A DNA stretch of 63,898 nucleotides, the filler included, from Octopus bimaculoides (Eukaryota), in NCBI RefSeq assembly GCF_001194135.2. It is 4 parts of 4 records of this genome, joined end to end, with 100 filler letters (N's around TTAATTAATTAA, not from the genome) between each part and the next. Parts side by side here need not be neighbours in the genome. Positions count along the whole stretch, not along the records: positions 23,019 to 49,708 come from NC_069002.1; 3 more parts are not named here. One strand, 5' to 3'. Below, piece after piece: positions 23,500-38,577 of the stretch. The notes beneath the pieces are model-generated. The model had not been told where the DNA came from. It was given only the letters and a program-made list of their open reading frames with translations, and did no database searches. Position 1 is the first letter of the stretch, and every line of letters begins with the position of its first letter. A program made the translations under genes and the position numbers.

Positions 23500-24470
23500 C
23501 GCCTGTAAGACTGTGTCACACAATTAACAGAGCCCTACCTAAGGGTCTAATTGTCTCCTGATGGTTGGGGTTTTCTTCACATCTGCGGTTCTACAGCCGG
23601 CTCTGGGTTAGTGCGATTCTTTCCGTTTATCAGCGGCCAATGGCTTGAAGTCCACAAACGAGTACATTTTTGGTGACAGCAGTAGGATAGACCTGTTAGT
23701 GACAACAGTAAGATAGACCTCTGCTGCTGGTGGCTGTTCCAGTAAATAAAGAGTTCCTTACGGAAGAAGAGTTCACAATTAAGTCCATGTTAGTAAGAAG
23801 AGGCCCTGTCAAAGCTACTCCATGATTTTGAGGGAATTGTTTCATTAGTCTTGGAGTTTACAGATAAAACAGGACATGGAGATGGAGATTTCCCCATCCT
23901 TACACCTGAAGGAGCGCAGACATTGCATGAATCTTCCCTTGAAATTATCAGCTGTTATACCGTGAAGTGCATCGTGATACCATCGAATAGTTTGAAAGTG
24001 ACTCTATAGACCACAGTATTTGCGAGGCAGAGTCCTCCCACTGAATAGTTAGTGGTTTGGGTGGGCAGTGGACGGTGTATGGATGTGTGTTTTACCTGTT
24101 GTGGTGGACAATATTGGAAGTGTTACTGAATATGGGTTGCTAGCCTTAACGTTATAGAAGTTAAATAGCTTGATATCAATGAGGTTTGGGGAAATGTTAT
24201 CTAATTTGAGGCAAAAAATTTCTAGCTACGTTCTTGGATACATATCGATTGGATTGAGGATCTAATCAGGTTATCTTTTTCTTTTAGCTCTCTTCGACTT
24301 TCGAGTTGAGCTCAACGCCTTCTTCATATATATTAACCTATTGGTAAAGACATTTATCGGTAGGATTTCAATGTAATCGGGATTCAGCCATGTTAAAAAT
24401 CTCTGTTCGCTGACATATTCGACATTTTTCTACTGATGCATGTTCCTATATGTCTAACGACAATTGTGCT
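23500..24470 (-). mobile_element. Penelope-like element, decayed 3' half (RT-EN linker and GIY-YIG endonuclease)
   Basis: Minus-strand frames give 'LTWLNPDY' (IWFNPPY), 'KLFNFYNVKAS' (KIFNRNNVKVS), 'GGLCLANTVVYRV' (G.CL...VVY) and 'GITADNFKGRF...SFR' (G.T...FK.R...SF). Confidence 0.7.
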
Positions 24471-24668
24471 GGTACAGTTTCATTTGTATATCATTTTCAT
24501 TTGTTAGTGTTAATAGTTATACTTTGGCCGAATTATTTTAAGATGTTTATAAAATTCTTTCTAACCGTTCATATGGATTGCAGTTACCGGGCAAATGTCT
24601 CAGTCCAACGCCCACCTGCAACGGAAACGATGGGATGACATGTTTTTATGATATCCTGGAGAAACGTG

Positions 24669-25905
<1,237 letters not shown>

Positions 25906-26756
25906 ATATATATATATATATANNNNNNNNNNNNNNNNNNNNNNNNNNNNNNNNNNNNNNNNNNNNNNNNNNNNNNNNNNNNNNNNNNNNNNNNNNNNNN
26001 NNNNNNNNNNNNNNNNNNNNNNNNNNNNNNNNNNNNNNNNNNNNNNNNNNNNNNNNNNNNNNNNNNNNNNNNNNNNNNNNNNNNNNNNNNNNNNNNNNNN
26101 NNNNNNNNNNNNNNNNNNNNNNNNNNNNNNNNNNNNNNNNNNNNNNNNNNNNNNNNNNNNNNNNNNNNNNNNNNNNNNNNNNNNNNNNNNNNNNNNNNNN
26201 NNNNNNNNNNNNNNNNNNNNNNNNNNNNNNNNNNNNNNNNNNNNNNNNNNNNNNNNNNNNNNNNNNNNNNNNNNNNNNNNNNNNNNNNNNNNNNNNNNNN
26301 NNNNNNNNNNNNNNNNNNNNNNNNNNNNNNNNNNNNNNNNNNNNNNNNNNNNNNNNNNNNNNNNNNNNNNNNNNNNNNNNNNNNNNNNNNNNNNNNNNNN
26401 NNNNNNNNNNNNNNNNNNNNNNNNNNNNNNNNNNNNNNNNNNNNNNNNNNNNNNNNNNNNNNNNNNNNNNNNNNNNNNNNNNNNNNNNNNNNNNNNNNNN
26501 NNNNNNNNNNNNNNNNNNNNNNNNNNNNNNNNNNNNNNNNNNNNNNNNNNNNNNNNNNNNNNNNNNNNNNNNNNNNNNNNNNNNNNNNNNNNNNNNNNNN
26601 NNNNNNNNNNNNNNNNNNNNNNNNNNNNNATCAGAGCTATTATTTATTTAAAAAAAAAACGGTTACCAAAATATTTCGAGTTAACAACACCTTTTCAAAG
26701 TGAAGGAATAAGAGAGAGAGAGAGAGTGAGAGAGACAGACAGAGAGACAGACAGAC

Positions 26757-26797
<41 letters not shown>

Positions 26798-27164
26798 GAC
26801 AAAGAGAGGGGAGAAAGAACTTATTTTGTTTGCGTGACGGATCCTGGATTCCAGTCAAATGGCGCGTAATTTATTTTCGACTCCTAATATTTAAACCTTT
26901 GAAAGGAATATTCAAAGTTGTTTCTGCAGTACTACTGCCTTCTATTGCAATAACACACACACACACATGCACACACACATGAACACACACACACACACAC
27001 ACACAAACACACACGTACACACAAACATACACGTACACACACACAAACACACACACATGCACAAGCGTACGCATACATACTTATATGTGTGCATATATAA
27101 ATGTGTACGTGTGTATATATGTATGTATATATGTATGCATATATAAGTGTGTATGTGTACATAA

Positions 27165-27230
<66 letters not shown>

Positions 27231-27359
27231 AATAACTACATACGTATATACATGTCGCTGTTAAGACTTCTGTGCGGCTGTTTTTCTGTGTCAGAGCTGG
27301 TATTATAACTTTATCTCGACATACTTGATAACGCGTTCGTTCGCTCTTGTAGCACCGAC

Positions 27360-27424
<65 letters not shown>

Positions 27425-27747
27425 ATGGGTTATTAACGTAAGCGGAAACTAACGTATAAGTAGGTGTCGGAGTTTAAACCCCGCCAACATATTACATTCT
27501 CTCCCTCTCCCTCTTTCTCCCTCTCTCTCTCTCATTCACCTTTCTCCCTCTCTAGTCTCCTATCTTCCATCCAGCTTGTCGGTTCCCCTCTAACAGTGTG
27601 TGTCTGTTTGACAGACACACTGTTAGAGGTGCAATAGTAGTGGTGATGGTGGTGGTGGTGGTGGCGGCGCTAATGTCTGTCTGATTAAGAAGTGCATGGC
27701 ACGCTGATTAGCTGGATAACAACTGTTGGTTAAGTTTTAGTACTTAC

Positions 27748-27837
27748 AGTTTGACATGGTTGGCTGGCTGCTCGGATGGCTGGCTGGAGAGGTGTGTGCT
27801 GTAGAAATTGAAGAACTGCGTACGCAACTGCTAGCAT
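27748..27837 (-). CDS. Candidate first coding exon of the receptor (possible signal peptide MLAVAYAVLQFLQHTPLQPAIRAASQPCQT)
   Basis: Non-repetitive sequence ending in a perfect donor ACT|gtaagta, with a polypyrimidine acceptor at 27933. There is no homology support and the hydrophobic core is short. Confidence 0.25.
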
Positions 27838-27969
27838 CACATTCTTGCCTTGCCGTGGGACTCCTTGATCGAATGATATACGATGTGTTTGGGAGAAACC
27901 ATTCTTCTTGGAGTTTCACTGCAACTGACCTCCTTCAGAATAAGCAGCAAAAAAGAAAAAAAGAGTCAG

Positions 27970-29030
27970 AGAAAGGTAAGATTCGACCCCAGTACTGGTA
28001 CTTTATCGACTTTTGAAGGATCAAAGGCAACTTTGACCTTGGCGGGATTTGAACTCTGAACACTGCAAACCGGAAGAGCTAATCTGACGCTCTAACTTTT
28101 ACTGATTCGTTGCCTTGCATCACATTTTGCCGTCTTTAAAACAAAAGAAAAACACATGAGGAGGAACATTTTAGATATTCGGGTCCTAAGTAAACTAACT
28201 AAATGGATGGTCATGACCAGATTGTCTGCAATTAAGATACAACCTGTCTGGTACTCCGGAACGGTTTCCAATTGTCTTCTTTGGCTGTTGCACAAGAACG
28301 CGCCGACCAAAATAAAAAGCTTCATGTCAAGATTTGACAGAACAAGATTCCCCGACCGAAGTAAAAGCGACAGGTTTTAGAGCCTCAAAAGAGACAATAT
28401 TCCACCTTTTACTTGTTATTTGATAACATAATGCCGAGGCGGAATCAGAGTAGCACACTGTGACAATAACGGAGTTAGGGATTACAGGAACGAATCGGAG
28501 AAAGAGAGAGAGACATATAGACAGACAGACAGACAGACAGAAACAGAAGGAGAGGAAGACAATCAGAGTAAGTAAGAGTGTGTGTGTGTGTGTGTGTGTG
28601 TGTGATTGAGTGAAAGAGATAATATTGGTTTCAAATTTTGGTGCAAGGCCAGCAATTTTGAGGGATGAGGTAATTCCATTAGATCGATTCCTGTGCTCAA
28701 CCGATACTTATTTAAAGAAGGATAAAAGGCAAAGTCTCGAACGAAATGCCGCTAAACATTTTGTTCGGCGTGCTAACGAGTCTCGCCGTCGTAGTGAAGA
28801 GACAATATGAATAATGGTTTCTAATTTAAGCACAAGGTCTGTAATTTTGAAGGGAAGAGAGTTGCCAATACCACTGACCCCCAGTATTTGACTGGTACTT
28901 TATTTAACCGATCCCCAAAGGACGAAAGACAAAATTGACCTCGGCTGGATTTGAACTCGGAATGTAAATACTCTGAAGAAAGACCGCGAAGCTTTTTATC
29001 CGATGCACCAACAATTCTTTCAGCTTGCCG
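27970..29030 (-). mobile_element. Three diverged family A SINE copies (about 27970-28110, 28610-28790, 28810-29030)
   Basis: Reverse-complement matches to the family A head and core (gtcgactttgcctttcatcc...aagtaccag). Confidence 0.75.
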
Positions 29031-30299
29031 GCATAGTTCTAAACAACAACATTAACAACAGCTGAATAAATATTTTTGAAATAGCTAAGAATGGATTTAT
29101 TTCTGACAAGGTTTTAGATAAGGCTTGATGTTGTGTTATTGCTGTTGTATAGTGATGGTGAGGGTGGTGACGGTGGTAGTGGGTAGTCCCAGTTCAAAAC
29201 TAATCAAAGTCACCCTAGTCATAAGAGTTCTTTCTCCCCCCCCCACTCCCTAAGTACAGGCAATGTTATTCCGTCAAGCCTTTCCTAAGGACTTGAGGGA
29301 GATTAAGCTTGATATTTCAAGCAGGCCCTTTCTGTCTTTTTGATGCTATCTTCTCTTACATCTATTTCGCCTGCCCTCTGAAATATATACGATGAAAAGT
29401 CCTTTACACGGAACCTTCAAAATCGTATTCTACCCCCACATCACATTGAAATATCTTCCTCAAAAATAACTTGAGAAATTAAGAATCTTTCCTTTAATCA
29501 TTTCCTAGGGATTCAGTTCCCTCGGTTGTTGCGCTGCTTACTCCACCATGTTATTCTCACAACCATCCACCAAGAAATGTGATGTCCTACTCTAGAGACA
29601 TTGTTACCACGGGATAGTCGATGGATAAACCCCATGGTCACTGTCTTCACCAGATTTGTATCTGCTGTAACATTCGATAAGGACTTATGATTTCCATCAA
29701 CATTAAGACTTCAAAATGCAGTGAATTTGTCCTTTAGCCTGGTGCATGCTGGAAAATGTTTGTTAACAAATCTCGTAGCCAAGTACTGGCCTCTAACTTT
29801 CAAATAAGTTACACCTTATTCATAAGTAATTTATTTTCTAGGGAAAGTAACCTAGACTGTTTTTTTTTTCTCTTTCTTCTGCACTTTCATCACAGCCACT
29901 GCTTCTTCCTTCCACCGTGGCAAAGAAAGGGAAACAACATACACACACACGCACACAAACACATGTGCCTATCAGCTTTAAAATTGTTCGAAATCAGTAT
30001 ATCTGCAACGTTAAGCCTTTGCATCCTACCTGAAAGTTGAACGAACCCAATAAATCATTTGCTAAATACATTTAACGTTTAACGAATTTGGAAACTCTAC
30101 GACATACGCTTTTAGCATTCATTTAAAGTGGTGTCTATAGACGGTCGATCATGTCTCTGCAGCTTCTACTGCCGTTCATTCACAGTTGTCTCTTCTTGTT
30201 TCCAACGTCTTCCTTCACCTCCTCCTCCTCCTACTCTTCTCTGTCTGTCTCTCAATCTCTCTCTCTCTCTATCACTCTCTCTATCACACGCAGACTCAC

Positions 30300-30386
<87 letters not shown>

Positions 30387-30429
30387 CATATGCCGCACAA
30401 TCATGCATATACTTGCACAAGTATTGTAA

Positions 30430-30627
30430 CTGAGCGGTAACAAGCTTGTTTCCCAACCACATGGTTCCGGGTTCATTCCCACTGCGTAGCACCTTGGGCA
30501 AGAGTCTTCAACTATAGCCTCGGGCCGACCAAACCCTTATGAGCAGATTTGGCAGACGGAAACTGAAAGAAGCCCGTCCTGTGTATATGTATATCTGTGT
30601 GTGTGTGTATGTGTGTGTGTGTGTGTG

Positions 30628-30658
<31 letters not shown>

Positions 30659-30720
30659 GTTGTTTTAAAAGTAAAATTATTTAGCCCGGAGCGTGTTGGT
30701 GGGGCTGTACTCATATCCTT
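30430..30720 (+). mobile_element. Family B SINE
   Basis: gtaacaagcttgtttcccaaccacatggttccgggttcattcccactgcgtagcaccttgggcaag...gaaactgaaagaagcccgtc. Confidence 0.85.
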
Positions 30721-31084
30721 TTAGACAAAACGAGGGGGAAATGGTTAAAAATGGAAGAGTTCCTACACAGATGTTAATACACACATCCATATATAGCTAC
30801 ATGCATACAAACACACACACAAACACACACAAACACACACAAACACACACACACATACTCACGCACACATATTTCATACATTGGAGCTTAAATGTGCATC
30901 TGCAATTATGTTTGTGTGTGTTTGCACGTGTAAGTATGTATGTCTGTGAATACGTAAGTAAATAAACAGAAACAGCGTACATATCTACATACATAGATAT
31001 TTAGATATTTACACACACAAATGCATCAAAATATCTTTAATGCTGATTATCAAGTCTATAATTTGCCATACGCACATAAACACG

Positions 31085-31189
<105 letters not shown>

Positions 31190-31725
31190 TCTGTTAGATT
31201 CGTTGCTCGTTCTTCCATCGTTCCTTTCCACCCTCCTCCTCCTCTTTCTCTCATTCTCCCCAATAACTAATTTATGTAAATCTAGACTCTATCTTCTTCA
31301 ATCAAGCTTATCTTATTAATTAATTAATTAATTTCCTCTTAGACATTTGCCAATCTTTTCTTTCTCACTTCCTCCTCTATTTCCTCTTTCACCCTACGCC
31401 CACCCCTGTCGAATATACTGCCGTGATTAGGTTTGTATTACTTCACTGAAATGTGTCAAACTTTCCACTGTTTATCATCATCTGAGCAGAAACACACCGT
31501 TTTATGCTTACAACATTAAGAAACTTGTCGTTTCTTCTGCACCACCTCATCCATCAACATTTGACACACACACACACACACACACACATACTCGCGCGCG
31601 TACATACAAGCATATATGTATGTGTGTGTGTGTGTGTGTGTATAATGGCTAAATTAAATGCTAAGATTTTTCAACATAAACTGATATTAGATATATGTTC
31701 CAAGTTGACATAAAAGAGAAAAACA

Positions 31726-31798
31726 GTTCCAATGATGGAATCCGAACCACGAACCTACGACTTAGAAAGTGATACTTTTACCGATTACATAACTGAAC
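31726..31798 (-). pseudogene. Degenerate tRNA-like sequence (Arg-TCT-like anticodon loop) or isolated SINE head
   Basis: 73 nt GTTCAGTTATGTAATCGG...CTTTCTAAG...GGTTCGGATTCC...GGAAC with tRNA spacing and a B box; the stems pair poorly. Confidence 0.4.
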
Positions 31799-32008
31799 GC
31801 CTGCCAATCCCCTTTTTATCATAAATTAGGTATTTACGTCGCATTTTTCCCCCTCTGATATTTTTATTTTTATCTATTTATATTTATCTTTATTTTTATT
31901 GTGCTATTTTTTTTCTTCTCATTTTTACAAGATAATTAGTCTCTTAGCATAACAGGACAGGTTAGATTCCCTGTGTGCGTATGCATGTGTGTGTATGTGT
32001 GTGTGTGA

Positions 32009-32067
<59 letters not shown>

Positions 32068-32399
32068 TGTATTTCTGCACGAATGCAAAGAATGCAAGCC
32101 GTGCGTTTAATATGTAAATGGTTGCAAATATTAGATCTGAATTTAATATAGATCGCTCATTTTAGGCCAGACAGCTGCAAACAAGTTATACCCCGTCCCC
32201 TTACACACACTTTGCATCATTTCGAACGAATGAGAAAAGGAGTGCTCAATATATATAGAGGTTCTTTAAAAAAATTGTTTATGAGAATTTCTCTTGCGGC
32301 TCGAGTCGGTTCAAACCACATGAGCAAAACAGGGCAGACAGGTGGATTGTACCAATAATTCAAAGGTGTGACCTTGTCCCACATTGTTTCACGTTGTTT

Positions 32400-32880
32400 C
32401 AGTTCGATTTTGACAGCTATTTTTTTTTGTCAAACCTATAATGGAAGTCACAAAGGCGCATATTCAGCATATTTTGCTTTATGAGTGTAATAAAGACAAC
32501 AACGCAACGGAAAGTGCGAGCAATATTAATGCAGTATATGGGGATCGGACAATAAACGTAAGCCAGTGTCAACGGTGGTTCCAGAAATTCCGAGCCGGAA
32601 ACTACAGCCTTGAAGACGAGCTTTGTTCTAGAAGCTCTATAGAGCTCGATGAGGATGTCCTGCAAACCCTGTTGGAACAAAATCTCATCGGAACCAGCAG
32701 GGATGCTTGAATTTGATCATTCAAACATTCAACCATTCATAGACACCTGAGTGCTATCGGAAATCAGCAAATTGGGTTAATGGGTTCCTCATAAACTTTC
32801 CGAGTCTAATCGTGCGCAGAGAGTGAATATGTGCTCTTCTTTGCTGTCACGTCTCACGAATGCACCTTTTCTTGACCATT
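32400..32880 (+). mobile_element. Mariner transposase 5' fragment (family 1)
   Basis: ORF 32441..32710 encodes the HTH region (HIQHILLYE...QCQRWFQKFRAGNYSLEDE). A frameshifted continuation reads 'WVPHKLSESNRAQRVNMCSSLL...PFLD', i.e. the WVPHEL motif. Confidence 0.92.
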
Positions 32881-33247
32881 TGTGAGTTCAAAGTTATCAG
32901 AACGAAATTTTGCAAACCAATTTGATACTGTCTGCTGTGTAATAACATTAGAATGAAATGCTCTATTAATATTCCGAGCAGTCTGTGATGCTGTATTTCC
33001 AAGAAAGAACTCATATTTCAAAACTGTACGAATTTCCGACTTATCCATCTCTAAACAAAAATAGCAAAAAACAAAAAAAAAACGATTTATAAATACTTTA
33101 TAAAGCGCCAAGTGAGTTAGAATAAAGAAATAGATGTCAGCTTTCTAACAAAAAATAAAGATTGTCAAAATATTATAATGGTGCAAAATGAGCAGCTGTC
33201 AAAGTTTACCTAGTACCTTACTACAAATATCATAATTGACGACCTAA
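32876..33247 (-). mobile_element. Mariner 5' fragment (family 2) with left TIR
   Basis: ORF 32854..33111 'MDKSEIRTVLKYEFFLGNTASQTARNINRAF...TVSNWFAKFRSDNFELTN'; mariner-type TIR TTAGGTCGTCAATTATGA at 33247-33230. Confidence 0.9.
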
Positions 33248-33798
33248 CAGCATGCTGAAACAACGTCCTCTTTACAGCTAGTGTACTCGAACGTGAAATG
33301 AGGTGTTGTGATATCTATGAAATTCCCAAGAACATTTAATGTTTCACATCAACAAGTGAGCTTTTACACCATTACTCGACTTACTAGAATGGCAGCCAAA
33401 TACCCCTCAAATTACACCCTTCTGCTCTGAAAAAAATCTTTGATATCAATGACAAATAGAATGATCATAAATAGATGATCTGAAACAACAATAAGGCACA
33501 AATATATAGGATGGAATTACCCCAGCCTCAAAATAATCAGCTCTGTTAATATAGTAATGAGTGTTTTAAACAAAAACTTTCTCAGATAAGTATAAATGTG
33601 CTGAAGGAAGGACAGAGGATCGATTCTCAGCCAGTCCAGTTTGAGCACTTACTGTTTAGTAAATAAAGGGTCAAGTATTTATTGATTTATTGATTTCTAT
33701 AGATGAAGGAATCGAACTCAAAACGTAGATACTAAGCACGTTTCAGTGGAGTGATCCACAGATGCAGCATTTTTCACAAACCCTAACTTCTACGATAT

Positions 33799-33903
<105 letters not shown>

Positions 33904-34017
33904 CTCTCTCTCTCTATATATATGTATATATGTATGTATGTATATATATATGTATACACACACTCACACACACACACATATTCTTTTAAACGATTTTGCC
34001 AACTAACGTGTATGAAC

Positions 34018-34048
<31 letters not shown>

Positions 34049-34097
34049 TAGATAGATACACACACATACACTCACATATATATATGTGTGTGTGTGT

Positions 34098-34131
<34 letters not shown>

Positions 34132-35464
34132 TGTGTCTCTGCGTACGTGTGTGTGTGTTTCCATAAAACAATCTCCCTACAGGGGTCCCTCGGCTAAATT
34201 GTTTTACACACATCTTAACCGATTTTACGTGGTTTCTTAACGGAAACATTTGGAGGGTATTATACTATCAATTTGTTGCAAGCTCAAACTCTCTCTCACA
34301 CACACACACACACACGCGCGCGTGACACACACACACACTAACACACTAACACATCTTCATACATATTTACATAAATACTTGCATATACACATATATCTAC
34401 GAAAGTACACTTATACACGCTCACCGTTTAGACACGGACATTCTTATACAAACACATACAGACAGACTGTAAAAGATTCATAAATGAATATACACAAACT
34501 CTTTAGCTCCTCTGTGGTTGGTCAACGTGCCAAACTGCCCTCATGTCTCACCTTGTCCTCTTTAAATAATGATACAAATAGCCAAGACAAACTATTCAAT
34601 GATTCCTTATATAGAGAACAACACCAGACAGGGTGGTCATAACACGAAAGTCTTTTAATATTGCCCTACACGATCAAGGTTGTCTTCAACTTACCAAGAA
34701 AGTGTTCCGAGTTCCACCAGAAGAATTGAAGAATAGCAGAATAGATTGTTCTTTTGTCTAGTGGGAATTGGGTTGATGATCAATGATATCTCATGCGGAT
34801 GTGTCAACATTGTCCTGTGATTCTATCAAAACAGTAACACCAACAACAACAGCACCACCTCCACCACCACCAAGAACAACAACAACAACAGTAGCAGCAA
34901 CAACATCAGCAGCAGCAGCAGCCGCAACAACAAAAGAAGCATGAAATAACCTCAGCAACAGAAACAACAGAAATAACAATGTCCATAGCAAAAGCCGTAG
35001 CTACAACATAAAAAAAAAATATAAATAACACAGACGCCAACAGCAAAAACGCTGATAACTTCAACAGCAACAACAACAATAACAACACCACCGGTAACAA
35101 AACACATACACACACATACACACACACACAATTCATTTCGCCTCAAAATAAGAAAAATTAAACTCGTATGTCGATGATGTCTTTTTTTCCAAAGAATTCT
35201 TCGGCTTAATTTGAGATTTTCAAGAATTTTTTTCTATAATTGCAGTCAAGTGGTTGGCGATAGCGATTCTTAGACACTGATTTAAGTTCCAGTCGTTAAT
35301 ATTTCAGAGATTTTTGTCAGCAGACTACAGAAGCAGAATCTTATGTTTGAGGGCCAATAAAACAAATCAATTATTTATCTTGTATGGTGTTTGATATACC
35401 TTTATTTTTTATTGTTTATATCCATTTTCACTAGCCATTTTGAAACATTTCCCTTAGACCCTTA

Positions 35465-35574
<110 letters not shown>

Positions 35575-36322
35575 CGTGCGTGTGTGTGTGTGTGCGTGTG
35601 TCTGTTTTTCTCCCCTCCATCATCACTTGACAACCGATGTTGGTGTGTTTACGTCCTCGTAACTTAGCGGCTAGGCAAAAGATAGAAGTAATAGGCTTAC
35701 AGAGAATAAGTCCCGGGGTCGATTTTTTTCGACTAAAGGTGGTGCTACAGCATGGCCGCAGTTAAATGACTGAAAGAAATAAAAGAATATATATATATAT
35801 ATATATTAATGTGTATATAATGTATATATAATATATTGATATATAATATAAACACACGTTTTTTATATATACATATATACATACAAACAAATATATATAT
35901 ATATGCGTGTGTGTGTGTGTGTATTTATATATATATACACACACACTTTCATATATACGTATGGTCGCATATGTACATGTTAATATATATGTATATTCGT
36001 TCATACACAAGTACATATATATCAATACATATGCACTGACGCACACATACACATATGCAAACATACCCCATCCCACCCATCGCGTACACATCATCATCAC
36101 CATCATTATTACTATTATTATCAATATTACCATTATTACGATGCTGGTGTACTGTGTAAGTATTCACAAGACCGGATAGAGGATGAACCGTGAGCGAGGC
36201 GTTAACATTACTGAGTCAAAAAGCAAAACGTTTACTGTTGTTGTATTATAATGTGTTTGTTGGGTAAGCACCGTGGGAGTGGAAACATACAAATATATGA
36301 ATAAATAAATATTTGTGAGTGC

Positions 36323-36355
<33 letters not shown>

Positions 36356-36526
36356 AGCGCGCGGTTGCACGGATATATTTCCTGGACCCCTCTTGGAGCA
36401 GTAAATGGTAAATGGCCGTCTGTTTGTATGGCTGTGTTTTATTGTTTCTTTTGATCATTCTTTGTTGTTTCCATTCTTGTTGATAGTTTAACATCAGAGA
36501 AATATTTATCGAAGCATTACGGTTTG

Positions 36527-36569
<43 letters not shown>

Positions 36570-36580
36570 ATGTATGCATA

Positions 36581-36636
<56 letters not shown>

Positions 36637-37539
36637 CACACACACATATACACATATATATATCAGTTAAGATATCTTTTGTTTAATAGTCTCCCTTCTA
36701 ATTGGTATTGCAGTTCAGATTAAAATAACAGCGGAACGAAAGAAACAAAAAGGGAAACAAATAAAAGGGGGAGGGGAGGGGAGGAGGAACTTAAGAAGAA
36801 CAAACGTCGGTGGGGATTCCATTGCGGAGATGATTAATAAAACAGATGGAAAAAACTTGATGGTAGAAGTGAGGTTAAAGTAAATATATTTCAAACAGAA
36901 TTTCAGTGGTAGGTGCACCGTAATATTGAGGTCCCTTAAAGGGCGAAGGGCACGGAGGGTACAGTTGTTTTTTTTTTTTCCTTTTTCTTTTTATCCCAAA
37001 CTGAAAACTCAATGTTTACAAAGAATCCTGTTATTACGTTAATGTTTTAGTAGTCGAGCAGTGATGGCGTTTTGGACTGCTTAACTATTTAGAAAACCAT
37101 TTAGAACAATCACAGATGCTTAATAAACGAGCGAGATGACATAGGTAGCACGGCGTGTGGCCTCTCACTTGCACTATTGTGTGACAATCATGCTGTGTCC
37201 GTAAAGAAGACAGGAGGTTTTTATATTGTTTTATTTATGTTTACTTTAAATTCTACTTGCCCATGCTAACCGATGGCGAGTGATCCTGCGAACAAGTGAA
37301 AGAGTAAATAGATGTGGAGAAAAGGAAAGATGAGGGGTTGGGGAGACTGCTTTAGGTGAATGTAATTGCTCTGGAAATGCCTCGTTTGTGGTACCCTTGC
37401 GATCTTTTAATGCTTAAAAGGTATGGCAGATCTTTGAAATTGACGGCTGAGATTTCATTCTCTGCACTTGTCCGTGAGTCAGATGTAACCGAAATATCTT
37501 ATAAAGAGACAACTAACATCCTGTCGAATACATAAACAG

Positions 37540-37615
<76 letters not shown>

Positions 37616-37825
37616 CACTGTGTTTGCGGTTCCCAATCTATCATGACGTCTGTAAAGAACATCATGTTCTACAGTGTTCTGTCAGTTGGTGCCTAACTTT
37701 GGCGTGTCTACATCCTATTTGTTAATCTAATCGCTACAAGAGCTGAGACATCCGAGTAAATGAAGGCACCCGACTACCTGCTCAAGGGTGACGAGCTCGT
37801 ATTCTTCACTGACACATCGCTGTTC

Positions 37826-37857
<32 letters not shown>

Positions 37858-38577
37858 GCTGTTGTTGTCGCTCTGATGTTTAGCCCACAGTAGCCCAACT
37901 GGAGCATAACTATGATCGAAAACATTCCAGCTTGTGACCATCCCGTCTTTATCAGCTTCTGAGAACCAACTCCCCAGAAGAATATCCATTGCAATATTTA
38001 TTCTCCACCGATTTACAGACATTTCCTTATTTCTCTCGTCTTCCTTTATACAATGAACTAATGTCAAAACCAACGACGCCATTATTCACTATTAGCAATA
38101 TAAAATAACTTTACACTTTTCATTGTTTAATTTAAAACTACAGAGTATAAATAATCCTTGAGAGATTTAACTGCTATTTCTATTAGTCCATAGGTGGAGG
38201 AATTAATTACACATAGAATGACTATGTCAAACAGATGTAGACACTCTGGAAACCTCTATAGATACTCTGGTAGTCTCACTCCAGAATCAAAACCACCACC
38301 AACAGGTGTAGTTCCTCACAGTATCCAACAACGACTGTTTTGTATAACTGGGTTTCTTTAATCCACAGTTCAGAGTTCAGTTTTATTGTGATTATAATTT
38401 AATCCAGGGTAATGTAAAGACAAGCCATCTTTCTCTACATAAATCAGTCTACAATATGACGACAGGAACTTTTCGGTGGATTCTTGATTTCCCAAAGGTT
38501 AAATAACATTAATAAGGTGACGAACAAGTGCCACATCAGGTGATTGTCTGTTTTGTAATATTTCTAGTTTTCGTGAG

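Noticed and set aside
37778-38082. 102-aa poly-Asn ORF as the receptor's first exon
   Set aside because: No signal-peptide character, a weak donor (CAG|gtagtc), and the ORF is partly held open by an (AAC)n microsatellite.
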